Positions 37,187-50,258 are shown, numbered from the stretch's first letter. The stretch is DNA of 60,452 nucleotides from Girardia tigrina (GCA_001938485.1 MQRK01238235.1:1-60452); one strand, 5' to 3'. Numbers and translations are program-made. The notes: a model not told the origin generated them from the sequence alone.

Positions 37187-38347
37187 CATGAGAAAAAGAC
37201 CCGTCACATATAACGGGTGAACTGAATTTTCGTCTTAGAAAATTTCTGTTTTAATTTTTAAATCATAATTATTATGATTTATTATTTATTGTTTCAAATT
37301 TTGTGTTGATTTAACAGTCAATCGATTTCGTCCGTTTCGCGGCCTCTTTTGACAAAAGGGCTACATAGACCGATTTGTCTCGATGCGGGCTATACAGATT
37401 AACCACGTTTTTACACGGATTCACTCTGTTTCCTCCACCATTTTGCATTTTATCAGCATTTATATGATAATAGTAAAATTTGAGCTTGACCGACAAACCG
37501 TGATTCAGATGTTAACGAAATTTTGAAAATTTATACTAAAAATATTTTTATCTATACAATTAGTAAATAGGTGATAGAAATCGACAATTATCGATCGAAT
37601 TAATATATTGTGAATAAATTGAAATAAAATTGGCAGATTATTAAAATCAAAATTCCAAAGCCAATTGAAAATATTTATTAATTTCGACGGTTTAACCGTC
37701 ATCGTCAGATCAAATAATTTTTCAAACGAAATTTACTTATATAGTGCAGTTAATGATTACGCAATCCATACGTAATCAGTACATCATTTAAAAACTCTCA
37801 ACAACGTTGTAGAGAATACAGTTTGAACGTTAATTTTAGGATCCAAAGATCTTATATATAACTCTTCACATGTCACTCTCTCCCAATAATTTTTAAATTG
37901 AGCGCACAGAATTTTAAAGTGTTGTGAAGTTATATCTCCTTTACAATTTCTTCTATGTCCTGCAATGTTACTTCCACCTTCATTGCGGTTAAACCGTCGA
38001 AATTAATAAATGTTTTCAATTGACTTTCGAATTTTAATTAATATATTGTTAATGTTTTCTTAAAAATCCTCACGAAATTTCTTGTAGGAATCAAACAAAT
38101 CGGAATAATTCGAATTCGGTGTTGATTTAACAGTCGGTCGACCAGCATGGTTTTCGGTCGATTTCGTCAGCTTCTCGGCGTCTTTCGGCAAAAGCGCTGC
38201 CCCGACAGAACAGCCTTGATACAGGCTATCCAAATTAACCAAATCCTTACGTGGATTCGCTTCGGTCCCTCCACAATTTCGCATTTTGATCATAGCGTGA
38301 CTGACAAACCAACAAACTAACAGTTTAGAAAAATATATATTTTAAGA
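37187..38347 (-). mobile_element. Non-autonomous Helitron-like element with internal duplication and inversion
   Basis: Minus-strand 5' end A|TCTTAAAATATATAT...GTTTGTTGGTTTGTCAGTC. 3' hairpin ACCCGT..ACGGGT (37199-37218), then CATG|T rather than CTAG. Direct repeat 37305-37455 / 38120-38290 and inverted repeat 37637-37698 / 37986-38043. Confidence 0.5.
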
Positions 38348-39285
38348 TTTTGCTTTGCCTTTTCAATTATTTATTTATGTTTTATAATTTAGAGTAATAA
38401 TAATGTACCAGAATGAGATCAATGAAATAAAATTAAAGTTGATCTTTTCGGGATTTACTTTTGTTACAATATTTATTATATTTCTTTTTTTACGGACCAT
38501 TGCAAATTAAAATTTTGTTTTATTTAACTATTCATAATTAACAAATAAAAAAATCACAAAAAATAATATTTAAACAAAATTATTCTTTTAAAAATTGAAA
38601 AAAAATAAACACAAATTTAGAACAAATTTTCGTGTTTATTCACAATTAATATTATTAATATCTTAAATAAATATTTATGCTGAAATAAATCGAAATTCCA
38701 CAGTTTCTATTTATTTCAATAGATTAAATCCGAAAATAATCATTTTCATTGGACAAAAATTAAAGTAAATAGTAAAAATATCACAATTTAAAGCTAAACG
38801 CAATGGAAAAACTTAAATAATTCATAAACTTCCTCATTTTTTATAAGAGAATATCGACAGTTTCCTTTTAGATTTTAGATTACACTCGTTTTGCTTAGCT
38901 AAATTTTTTTATATATCAGATGTATGTTTTTAATATTGACAATAATTTTGGAAAATATTTTTCTTAATAGTTTTTTTTAATTAAATAAATTATAGATTAA
39001 AATCAATATAAATAAGGAAAATATATTAATAATCAAGTCAACTGCCTAGTCAATACAAATAAAAGTTTCTTTTTTAAATAATAATATTTATGAGAGTAAT
39101 AATATTTATTTTATATTCATATAAAAAATGAAAATATTTAATAAATATTTTAAAAAATCATTAACTTAGCAATACTTTCATTACATTTAGCGTACGTAAA
39201 CGAAAGTGTCCAAGATCTATAGATCAAACCTTTTATCATATTTCTTTTATTTTTGGGTCGTAAAAATTGTTAGAAGTTGTATGTA

Positions 39286-40470
39286 ACCCTGTATCAGTTT
39301 TTTTCTAAAGATCCTAGTTTCAAAATCGATATTTCTTTCAAGGATTGATGAAAAAATAAGGCTTTATGATGGTATTAAATCTAAAATTTATAAACTTTAT
39401 GTAGATAATATTATTCATATGTTTGATAATAAAGATCAAGTTACATTTTTCTTAAATTATATGAATACTTTACATTCAAATATTAAATTCACTGTGGAAT
39501 ATAAAAACAATAATGTTTTACCATTCTTAGATTTTTTGATAGAAAGAGCGAAAAATAACCATTTTGAAACTGATATCTACAGAAAGAAAACTGATACATG
39601 GTTATATACAACCCCTAAAAAGTTTTGCGAACCCAAATATAAAAGAAATATAATAAAAAGTTTGATCTATAGATCTTGGACCCTTTCGTCAACATACGCT
39701 AAATGTAATGAAAGTATTGTTAAGTTAATGGATTCGCTTCATAAAAATGGATATTCCAAATCGATAGTTGAAAAATTAACTCTTGAATATAATTATGATA
39801 TAATTATAATATAATTAAATTGGAAAATTAAAATATAAAATTAAATACAATAAATAGCGACAAAAATAACAATCATATAGATAATAATAACTATGATAAT
39901 ATTGGTTTTGTTTTGAGTGTTCCCTACTCTGAGGGTTTCAACAAATTCAAAAAGTGTTTTATGAAACATGATGAAAATAATTTATTAAATTTAAAATTTG
40001 TATCTATTTCATGTATTTTGTAAATATGAAGTTTGTTCAGTAGTAAATCTATCACTCCAACTGCTTTTTGTTCCAATTTAGTTTATCAATATAAATGTAA
40101 TGGGTGTGACGCCACATACATCGGAGAGACTTGTCGTCTTCTCTGTAAACGGATTCAGGAACATAATCGCAGGTAAAGTGATTTTAATATTGCTTAACAT
40201 AGGAATAACTGAATAGTAAATTTGATGTAATTAATTTTTAGATTTTGTGTTCAAAATTTGATAATTACTGGAAGAGGGTGATGTGTGAAGTATTGTTGAT
40301 CAAATACTTTCATCCTAAAATCAATGTCCAAATACCAATCTCTTTAATTTAATTGAGAGTATTTTCATGTTTTATAAATTACATAATGATTAAATAAACC
40401 CGAAAATATCATTGTTAGTTTAGTCTGATGATGACGGTTGATCCGTCAAAATTGAATACAATATATTTTG
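39286..40470 (+). mobile_element. Second Penelope-like element, degenerate, with inverted 5' piece
   Basis: YVDNII, MNTLHSNIKFTVE, LPFLD and YRKKTDT, plus GIY-YIG VYQYKCNGCDATYIGETCR at about 40080-40140. 39286-39341 is an inverted YRKKTDTG segment. Confidence 0.9.
40425..40468 (+). ncRNA. Hammerhead motif in the second PLE (GAAA box mutated to AAAA)
   Basis: CUGAUGA-U-GACGG-UUGAU-CCGUC-AAAA...AAUAUAUU. Perfect 5-bp stem II, at the same position relative to the ORF as 10456-10491. Confidence 0.6.
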
Positions 40471-40570
40471 ACGAACGTTTTTTGATATTCTTTAAACTGA
40501 TTTAAAGATAGATAATTTTGGTCCAAAATATTAAATAAAGAAAAAATATCCCCACAAAATTAATTTATTA

Positions 40571-41655
40571 TTAGGTGTACAAGTATGAAATGCGGATTAA
40601 ATTTTGAAAAGAAATACGTTATAAACAAAAGAACGATAAAAAAAGCTTTATTCAAAATATGCTCCATTACTAATGATACATTTGTNNNNNNNNNNNNNNN
40701 NNNNNNNNNNNNNNNNNNNNNNNNNNNNNNNNNNNNNNNNNNNNNNNNNNNNNNNNNNNNNNNNNNNNNNNNNNNNNNNNNNNNNNNNNNNNNNNNNNNN
40801 NNNNNNNNNNNNNNNNNNNNNNNNNNNNNNNNNNNNNNNNNNNNNNNNNNNNNNNNNNNNNNNNNNNNNNNNNNNNNNNNNNNNNNNNNNNNNNNNNNNN
40901 NNNNNNNNNNNNNNNNNNNNNNNNNNNNNNNNNNNNNNNNNNNNNNNNNNNNNNNNNNNNNNNNNNNNNNNNNNNNNNNNNNNNNNNNNNNNNNNNNNNN
41001 NNNNNNNNNNNNNNNNNNNNNNNNNNNNNNNNNNNNNNNNNNNNNNNNNNNNNNNNNNNNNNNNNNNNNNNNNNNNNNNNNNNNNNNNNNNNNNNNNNNN
41101 NNNNNNNNNNNNNNNNNNNNNNNNNNNNNNNNNNNNNNNNNNNNNNNNNNNNNNNNNNNNNNNNNNNNNNNNNNNNNNNNNNNNNNNNNNNNNNNNNNNN
41201 NNNNNNNNNNNNNNNNNNNNNNNNNNNNNNNNNNNNNNNNNNNNNNNNNNNNNNNNNNNNNNNNNNNNNNNNNNNNNNNNNNNNNNNNNNNNNNNNNNNN
41301 NNNNNNNNNNNNNNNNNNNNNNNNNNNNNNNNNNNNNNNNNNNNNNNNNNNNNNNNNNNNNNNNNNNNNNNNNNNNNNNNNNNNNNNNNNNNNNNNNNNN
41401 NNNNNNNNNNNNNNNNNNNNNNNNNNNNNNNNNNNNNNNNNNNNNNNNNNNNNNNNNNNNNNNNNNNNNNNNNNNNNNNNNNNNNNNNNNNNNNNNNNNN
41501 NNNNNNNNNNNNNNNNNNNNNNNNNNNNNNNNNNNNNNNNNTGAGACACTACATAATTACTCAATATCATGACATCATTGCCTAACCATTGACCTACTTT
41601 TTGCATTGTGCACAATCCGTTTTCTGAAATCCGCATTTCATACTTGTACACCTAA
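40571..41655 (-). mobile_element. mariner, mauritiana (Mos1)-like, interior in an N gap
   Basis: Perfect TA-flanked 28-bp TIRs TTAGGTGTACAAGTATGAAATGCGGATT, resembling the Mos1 TIR. The C-terminus KCIISNGAYFE* is on the minus strand. Confidence 0.92.
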
Positions 41656-43455
41656 TATATTCACCACATGTTTGGTTCTAAATAAAACCTCTTCGTGTGT
41701 TTTGTACATTATGAATACGTAAAATTTAAACAAAAACTATGAACGGTTACTGTGTTTTAAATTACAGAAATTATGAAAATAATCATCGAAGACTTCTTGT
41801 TTAGAAAAAAGTGTAGCGATTGTATAAAATGATTTTTAATGATATTTTTTTCTTTATTTACTATAATTTACTTTTACTTTTACTTTTTAGAACTTCTTTT
41901 AACCGTATTGTTCAGAAGATGTATCAGGACTTAAAACACTTTTTCAAAGAACAAACTTCTATGGATATTGGTTAAAATACGTAAAAATATGCTTAGCTTG
42001 AAATTTTATTTCTAAAAAGTTATCTTCGCTCTCAGTCGAATCTCGAACATTTAGAATATTTGTATGAATGTAGTGACTATTATAATTATAAATCAAATTA
42101 AATAAAATCAAACAAAAAAAACAATGAAAATGAAAATCAATATTAATAAATCTTCTCATAAATATTTAAATTTACATATACTTTGTTAAATATTAAATTT
42201 TCTTATGAATATTTATTAAAAACAAAATTAATGCACAAATCTTTTTAATAATTAAAATAAAATGGAAAGTTCCAATTCGTCAGTGTTACGTTTTGCCTTT
42301 ATTATGTCACTTTTTATTTTTAATTTCACCAGCGCAAATTATTTGAATCTAATCGTGGGGAAATATTTCTATTTCCATATAATTACTGATCCGTCCAGTC
42401 AGATTATTCTCTTCAATTTCTTCGACGGAGTATTTAAGGCGATCCTGATGAAAGAGCAGCACAACTGTGTTACGAGATGGCCATATTCTAAGCATGTTCT
42501 CGACTGCCGGACTATTGATCTGTTTGTTGAGATGGACACTCAAGGGAAATTTGCATCATTTTCCCTCGACAAGTAATCCGTATCTGTTCGCGTTGTGATT
42601 GCCTTTGACCCTTTATTTGAGTACAATTTTGTAATTAAATCATATTAAAGTAAAATAAAATAAAGTAAAGAAAAAATTTAAATTAAATAATAATAAGCAA
42701 ATTAATTAAATTAAATAAATATAAAATTAAATAATTTAAAAACTATCACTTTCATATGGTTTCATGATGATGTATATATGTGTTCGTGGTTTTGGATTTC
42801 GAAAGTGGTTCAATATTCATTATCAATTGACATGTAAATAATTGTTGTCAGTCATAATTTGGTATCATGTGATTCCTATATTATTGATTGCTGTGTTTAA
42901 ATGGATATCAAGTTATCTTCTTTGATTTTTGTTTGTGTGTTTGAGTGAACCAATGAAACTAGAATTCACCAATCAAGTGTAAGTTTGTAATTTGAAATAT
43001 ATGTTTGTGTGAATGTAATGGTCTGATTGGATGTGTGTGAATGTTTGTGTTTGTGTTTTTTGATAACAAAAATTTGTTTCAATTTGCGTAAAAAAATCGT
43101 TGTTTAAAACGACCAGTTTGTAAGAAAATAAAATTTGGTGAATTTAAATTACGAGTTATTTTTTAATGACAATCAAATTTTAAAATGAAATCTTTTGAAT
43201 ATTAAATTAAATTTTAGAGACAAAATAAGTTGTTTCCAGTCGACGGAGAATATTGATCAGTTTTTGAAATTGAATAAAAATTCTGAAAATAGTGTTGAAT
43301 TAATTCAAAAATGTTTTAATTGTTACATTGCTGAATTAAAAGCAAATGAAAAATATCTTGACGAAATTACGTTATTAATAAATGAATTAATTCAAGTGAT
43401 TTGCAAAAATTTTAAGCAATTTACAGATGAAAATTTAAAAATGGATAGTAAATAA

Positions 43456-44200
43456 ATGCCAAAAGATGCGTTTTATGATAAATTTACTTTTCATGCCAAT
43501 AAGCTTATCAATTTCAAATTAATTCGGGAAAATGGAGATTTTGATAACAATGTTAACGATATAACTCCTTTTACTCACCAATTTTATGGAGAAAATGAAA
43601 ATATTTTCGTATATACAAATTTGCAAATAAATTTATGGTTTTCTTTGGGTCGATTAAATCCATATTCCAATATTTCCTATGACAAAAAACTGGAAAATGA
43701 TGATTTAAAAGCTGATGATTTTGAAAAGTCTCTTCTCGCTAACATTCTTTATGTGTATCGTAATATTGAGCTATACTATTATTTTAATTAATTAATACAG
43801 AGAAGCATTGGAAAACGATGATTTCAAACATTTCGGAAAGCTAATTGATGCTTATAAATTTGATGATAAATCGTTTGAAATTTATCACGTTTGTGGAACT
43901 AAAATGGAGTCAAAAAGCGTTGTCAAAGATATCACTGTTGAAAATCCTTCTGATCAATTTCAATATCTTCGAGATTATATTGATTGCAAAAACGTATTAT
44001 TGCTTCCGGAAATTAATAAGGAAATGTAAAAAAAGAATCAGAAAAATATATTCATTAATTTATTAAAGACAAAATTGAAACTTTGCAGTTGTGAAATTTG
44101 TCGAGTTTACGAGATTTTGGGATTGAAATTTGTCAATAAATCCAATATGATTGAAAGAATAAAATACTTTGAAAATAATGATTGTTACATCAATATGATA
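43456..44200 (+). pseudogene. HAT1: Histone acetyltransferase 1-like pseudogene lacking the central GNAT core
   Basis: INFKLIR...PFTHQFYGENENIFVYTNLQINLWF (Hat1_N), ADDFE, DFKHFG, FEIY, VKDITVENPS..FQYLRD and, past one in-frame stop, KLKL...RVYEIL. All are collinear with HAT1 as recalled. Short intron-like segment ending TACAG at 43800. Confidence 0.85.
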
Positions 44201-44366
44201 TCAACAATGAGAATGGAGAACGAATGATTATTTGAGAGGTTACGAGAGCAAGCCGATGGCCGAATACTTCCCGATCCTCAATATGATCAAACACAAAATT
44301 AAAAAAGAATCAAACACAAAAAAATAAAAATCTTTTAAAGTTTAAATTGTAAAATTAAATTTGAAA

Positions 44367-44416
<50 letters not shown>

Positions 44417-45927
44417 CTAAACTAGTCTTAATAATCAAAAGATAAAAATAAATATTGTTCTGAGTTTTTTATACTCTAAATGGCCTTTGCCGATGCAGAT
44501 GATATTATTTTATCTTTTTTATTGTTGTTTTTCCAAACATCATTTATTTCCTTTTATTTGGTGTACTAATTGATTGTTGTAAATTATATTTTATATTTTT
44601 TGAAGTCATGGCTTGATGTTGAAATTATTTTTTACAATAACGCATTTATTAGTCAAATTTTATTTATTATTATATAATGTATCAATTTCAAAAAAAAGTT
44701 ATTTTTTTATATTAGAAAATAGAAAATATTTTTCAAAAGAAATTCATATAACGATTCTCAACGTAGAAAATTGAACTTCAAGACGTTGATCGTCGAAAGT
44801 TTGATAAAAATTATGAAGTTGAAAAAAAACGAATTTTGCAAATTTTATTAAATATAAATCTTTTATATCTTAATTAAAATAATAGAAAAAAATCAGTCAA
44901 AAGTGTAATTATTATTTTTAATAATGACTTCTTCTATTTTTTCAAACAATTTATAAAAATATTTTATTTTTTCTATCAAATCATAGATCAAGTAAATTTT
45001 ACAATGTTTCTTCCCTTTCAAAATTTGTTTCTAAGTTAATCTGAATAGAGGTAAGTCAGAAGGTGCAAAGGTTTGGATGTGCCCAATTTTCAACTTTGCT
45101 CAATTTTAATACTTATCTATTGATGTTTAAGATGTATTGGTTAAATTTATAGCGTAAAAGCAAAAAATTTTGATGTTTTTTGGGTTTCATGTTAAATTAG
45201 TTTACAAATAAATATTTTTTTAATTAATTTCATAAATATTTGGTTCCATTCACGAAGAGCTTGAACGTCTTTCCATTAGCTTAAGTAATGGTCTTGATCA
45301 TTTGTGAACATATTTTTATAGCTAAATTTATTTTCTTGTACAATTTTATTTATTGACTCTTGAGCATTGTAATAATAAATAATGTGAAGATAATTTTTAT
45401 TTTAATTACAAAGTAATTACCAAAAAAGAAATAAACATGAAGACCCTTATCATTCTCTATAGAGAAAATTCTAATCTTTAAATTAATAATTTTCTCACCA
45501 CAGAAACAAAAAATAATTAATATCGTAATTTAAATGTTGTGTTTTTAATATATTTTTAAAGCTTAATACAAATTATGGTATTGGGATATTTTAGTGAAAT
45601 ATTTAATAGATTATATTTATATATATCTAAATACAGATAAAAATTTTAATTAATGTCTTTTTGATAAAGATTCATAAGATGGAAAATTGAATTGCTACCA
45701 AACAATGCTGAGCCCCTCGTCTTGGCTTCCTAAGAATCCCGCAAAACTACTGAATACCAAATTATTCATTAATTATTTTAAAATGTATTCTTTTGATTCA
45801 CATTTCGTTTTGTATTTAATCTCCCTTATCCGCTTCTCCTTATAAATAATTTACATCTTAATGAAATGTACAGAAAATTCTCGACAGTCATGTCTTTATT
45901 TTGAAAATTAATTATTGTCTTTGAAAT

Positions 45928-46140
45928 TGTAAGAAGTGGTTACAACATCAATATCTGAATTTAATTATCTCGCCACAAATTAATCTATTAAATTCTTTTC
46001 GATTCAGTTTTTAAAATCTTGCAAATTTATTAAATACATTTCACATTAAAACTAAAAATTTATTTTAAAATTTATTTAAAATTGTTTCATAACTTATATT
46101 AAAATATATAAATTGTTATGACTGTAAAAATATTTTTATT
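45928..46140 (+). repeat. Probable 5' start of LTR family A (TGTAAGAAGTGG)
   Basis: The same start occurs at 60335 (+) and 58850 (-). Its distal part overlaps 59350-59880 and 47870-47995. Confidence 0.55.
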
Positions 46141-46329
46141 TATAAATAAATATTTAATATTTAATGGTTTTCTTATCATTTTTAATTTTAAGATATTTAA
46201 TAGATACATTAAAAAGATATTTTTTATTTTTAAATTAAAATGATAATTTTCTAAAAATCAACTTTATTGTTTATATGAATGTTTTTATAAATATCATTTT
46301 ATATTATGTTCTCACTTGCGATTTCACAT

Positions 46330-46620
46330 TATTTGTCGAAGTAATTCTATTTTGTAATAAAAAAACTTTTTTGTTTTATTATAATTTTGTCTGATTTTAT
46401 TGTTATTAAAAGTCAAAATGAGAGGAATCCATCTGCTGCAAAGTAACTTTTTTCCAAGTCCTTGTATTATTATGTGGCAAACATTCATTTCTTCAATGTC
46501 TGTGACTCTTGAAATTGCCGGACAGCTTAAATGAAAATCTTCCTCAATCATTTCACATACAATTATGACATTAACTTCTATAGTGCTTGTCTTGGTCTTC
46601 CTAAACCTACATTTCCATCA
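46330..46620 (-). mobile_element. mariner N-terminal fragment
   Basis: GRP...MIEED...CHIIIQGLGKKLLCSRWIP, a WVPHEL-like linker. Confidence 0.65.
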
Positions 46621-47440
46621 AAAAGTGACGAAACCAAAAAGTTATTTCATTTTAACTAAAAACGAAAAAAATATGTTACATTGCTTTGCCTTAAGCTTTT
46701 AGGTAAACTTATGCAACCAACTCTAATCAATTCAGTTAAATTTAAATTTTAAACTCTCCAGTTTTGTTAATGATCTGCTTTAGAAAATTTTAACTTTTTT
46801 ATTTTTATTATATTTTTTATATATTATATTATATATGTAATATATTATATTATACTTTTTTATTTTTAGGTAACTGCTGATGGTGACGAGGAAGATAATA
46901 AATACTGCAATAATCAATTTTCTTTTTGGTGTTAAATACATTTCTGTTATACTACCTTCAACTAAAAAATCTTTTCAAGTTTCAAGATGCTATTGACAGT
47001 AACGGACAGAAAAGTTCTCAAGTACAGTCAATTACTAACTTTTTACCGTGTCCGTCAAAGAAGCTTAAAGATGATAAAGTTTCTACTCACGCAGGGTTAA
47101 CACACAGTGGACTACCAGTCCTCGACATGTTGATGAAGTATAGATTTTATAATATATAGCTCTTCAAAACAAAACTTAAAATTTTCCCAGTCGCCGTACA
47201 ATCGATAATGTCATTGATCAGATATACGAGGAGAAATTAGCATACCATAAAGGAGCTATAAACATCATTAACTGTGTAAATACCGTTTATGCCACTTTCA
47301 TTATTATCAAATTCAGTACTCATAATTTAACACCACAATCTTTATTAATATCACCAATTCACATATAGAGTTGCTTCATAAGGTTTGTCGCAAAAGAACA
47401 CAAAAAAACACCTAAATACAATAAAACATAAAATATTTTA

Positions 47441-47800
47441 TCAATCGTCCACGTCATGCAAATGCGAAAAGTAGTCGCCATTGTGCTCAATACATCTAAG
47501 CCAACGTCCAGGGAGGCTGTATATCCAATTTTGGAAAAAATCATGCGGTTTCTTGTCAAACCAATGTAGAAGATCTTCGTTGATATCGTTAACACAAGCA
47601 TAATTCTTTCCTCTAAGTGCACATTTCATTGGAGAGAATAGATAGTAGTCAGATGGTGAGAGATCGGGGGAGTATGGTGGATGTGGTAGTACGGTGGAAT
47701 CCAAGCGCATTCAGCTTGTCCTTTGTCTTAGCAGCCGTATGCGGATGAGCATGATCGTGGAGATAATGAACATTGTGGTTTAATCATGGAGCAACCGTCT
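47441..47800 (-). mobile_element. mariner catalytic C-terminal fragment
   Basis: HDHAHPH...LPHPPYSPDLSPSDYYLF...RWLRCIEHNGDYF. Confidence 0.88.
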
Positions 47801-47869
47801 ATTTTTTTCGATTAAATTTTGAAAATTTGATAAATTTTAAACTTTAAAATAATTTCTTCATTTGAACGA

Positions 47870-48619
47870 AACTTTATCTTAAAAAATATTAATTTAAATT
47901 TACTATAAGCCTTTTATTAAAAAAATTATTTCTTTAAATTTTAATCCGTTAATTATCTATTTTAAAATTTATTTAAACTTATTTCATAACTATGATGAAT
48001 ATTTTTGAATGGTGTTTATTGTGTGTTGTTATTGTTTCTCCCACTCAGATGGAAGGTTGATATCTTAAATATTTTAAAAAGTCGGGTTGTTTAATCAATT
48101 ATTAAAATTTAAATAATCACTTTAAAATTAAATTAATATTTCATAAATAATAATTTAATAATATTTTCTTAAAATAAATAAAAATTATTTAAAATTTAAA
48201 GTATAAATTATTTTTGTAATAATTAAATAGTAATTGAAATTTGTTTGAATAATAAAACGTTAAAGAGTATTATTAAAGATTATCAATCAAGAACGATGAC
48301 GAGCTACGCATGTTTTACGGAGAATTGTTGTAGTGACAATTCAAATTGTGATAATATTAAATGTAAAGGAAACTCTATTAATGTTCTTAATATGACGACC
48401 AACAACCACGTGACTCCGAACATTAGAGGTCCAGAAATATTTGACGGATCTTAGTCAAAAGTTGAGGAATTCTTAAAGAGCTTCGGCAGATATGCGAAGA
48501 TCATGAGATTCTCAGAAGAAAGAAGAGTCTTGCTGGCGACAGCATTCATGACTCTGGAAGCAATAAACAAATACGAAAATGTACTGGGAGATACACGAGA
48601 TACACTTCTAAACGTCTAA
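47870..48619 (+). mobile_element. LTR family A 3' part with PBS-like site and gag start
   Basis: TTCTTAATA at 48392 followed by TGACGACC. Translation MTTNNHVTPNIRGPEIFDGS*SKVEEFLKSFGRYAKIMRFSEERRVLLA, homologous to 26797-26960. Confidence 0.8.
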
Positions 48620-49518
48620 TATTTCAAACAAATTTATATTACAATTTAATTTTAAAATAATTTATAAATTAAATTACAAAATAATTTTAATTATTTTTTA
48701 AAATCTTTTGCTATTATTTCACTACTCAAGTCAGTTTATAATATTATCATGCGGTTTGGAATTATGTGAATGTAAAAATATGTGAATTATTGCGGGTAGA
48801 ACACTACAATACAAAGCGACGAAAGTTTTGTTAATAATTGTAATAATAATAAAAATACTAAAAATCATATTTGTAAAATTAATAGTCTCAATATAAATAT
48901 AAATGAACTTAGGCAACTTTCAAAATAAATGCTTCAATTAATCAATAAACTTTGTAACTTTACCCACGTGATTGTGACCTAAATAAAATCGTTTCTATAT
49001 TTAGAAGTACAACAACAAAAATCTGTAAATAATTTATAAATAAACATTTCAAGTTGATGGTATTTTTCCCAAGTCATAATAATGTTATCGGAATCGAAAA
49101 TCTAATTCGTTATGTATATATATATATATATATTCACTTTAAAGACAACAAAATTTTATTTATAAAAAAGAGACTGCTAAAATTCATTGATGATGGACAT
49201 TCAAATCAGCGAAGTAAATAATTTCCTTTCTTCACATAATGTAGGAGAGTCTGCTTTATAAATGAAATCGAAATCTATAAATTTAATAAATATTTTGGAA
49301 TTTATTAATTTTAATCAATGTCCTCAGATATTTTCTTCGAATATTTCAAATTATATGAGTTTAAGGATTTGTGGCTAATAAAATAATAAAATTAAATAAA
49401 CTCGTGTTATATATCCTCCGAATTTAGTGGAAAAACTAAATAATCATCTATTATATTTTTAGGTAAAAAACAAGCTGTTCATTGTGTTGTTGATACAAGC
49501 TATCACGGCAACAACCAA

Positions 49519-50258
49519 TGTTAACAGTGAAAAGTACCAAGAAAGCGATATCAAAGCCAGTGACGATGCCTGAAGAGATCGCGGAGGTGGTGGCAATTTC
49601 AGCCATCCGGGAGCGATTAATAAGCGTTCGAAAGATGGAAATTCTACAAGATCGCAGGTGCACCAATTGCTTTCCGACGGAGAGTTATCATGGTGTTTGG
49701 AAGTCTGGTAGCCGATGTCAAGCCCGGTGGTGGCATCCCAAAAAGGATCGCGACGGCGGTGACGATTTTGTCTAATGGCGATAGGAGGGATAGCACGATC
49801 GCTGATCGGGGACGGTTGAACGCTCCGCGTGGAGCTCGAAGTGATCGAGAGCATGGAGTTCGATTGCAGAATTCTCGTTCGGCCTGGATTTGGGCTGTTG
49901 TTGTGCCCGGTAAAAGCGCTTGGGATTGGCGACAGCAACACAGGTGAACACAGATAAAATCGAGAATGCGCAGCTGCGAGTTTGGAAGCGATGCTGGAGA
50001 TCACAAGACTGTCACAATACAATTATTTGACTACCGCTGCAGCCGAGTTTAAATTCGGGAATAGACCTAACTCGGTTACTCGGGGTGCGGTGTAAGGGCC
50101 ATAAATAAGTTGGCTTGTCCCTTGCTGATGCAGGGAATGTGCCTTGATGACAGAGGGACTTGTGATGTATTTGATTAAATCCACTGAATGTCGGATTAGT
50201 TTTTGGTTTTAAATAAAACTTGTGACCTGTTCATTGTATTTCCTACTAATTTTTAACA
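49519..50258 (+). mobile_element. Candidate GC-rich solo LTR
   Basis: TGTTAA...TTAACA inverted ends, a sharp GC rise, CATAAATA at about 50100 and AATAAA at about 50212. No clean TSD. Confidence 0.5.

Noticed and set aside
42940-43060. CCAAT-box cluster as the HAT1 promoter
   Set aside because: Similar CA/TG-rich, CCAAT-containing tracts occur at about 9400-9545 and 25480-25620, so it is more likely a repeat. It is also separated from the HAT1 ATG by another ORF.
49451-50022. Overlapping ORFs as real genes
   Set aside because: No recognisable motifs, and such ORFs are expected by chance in a GC-rich LTR-like island.
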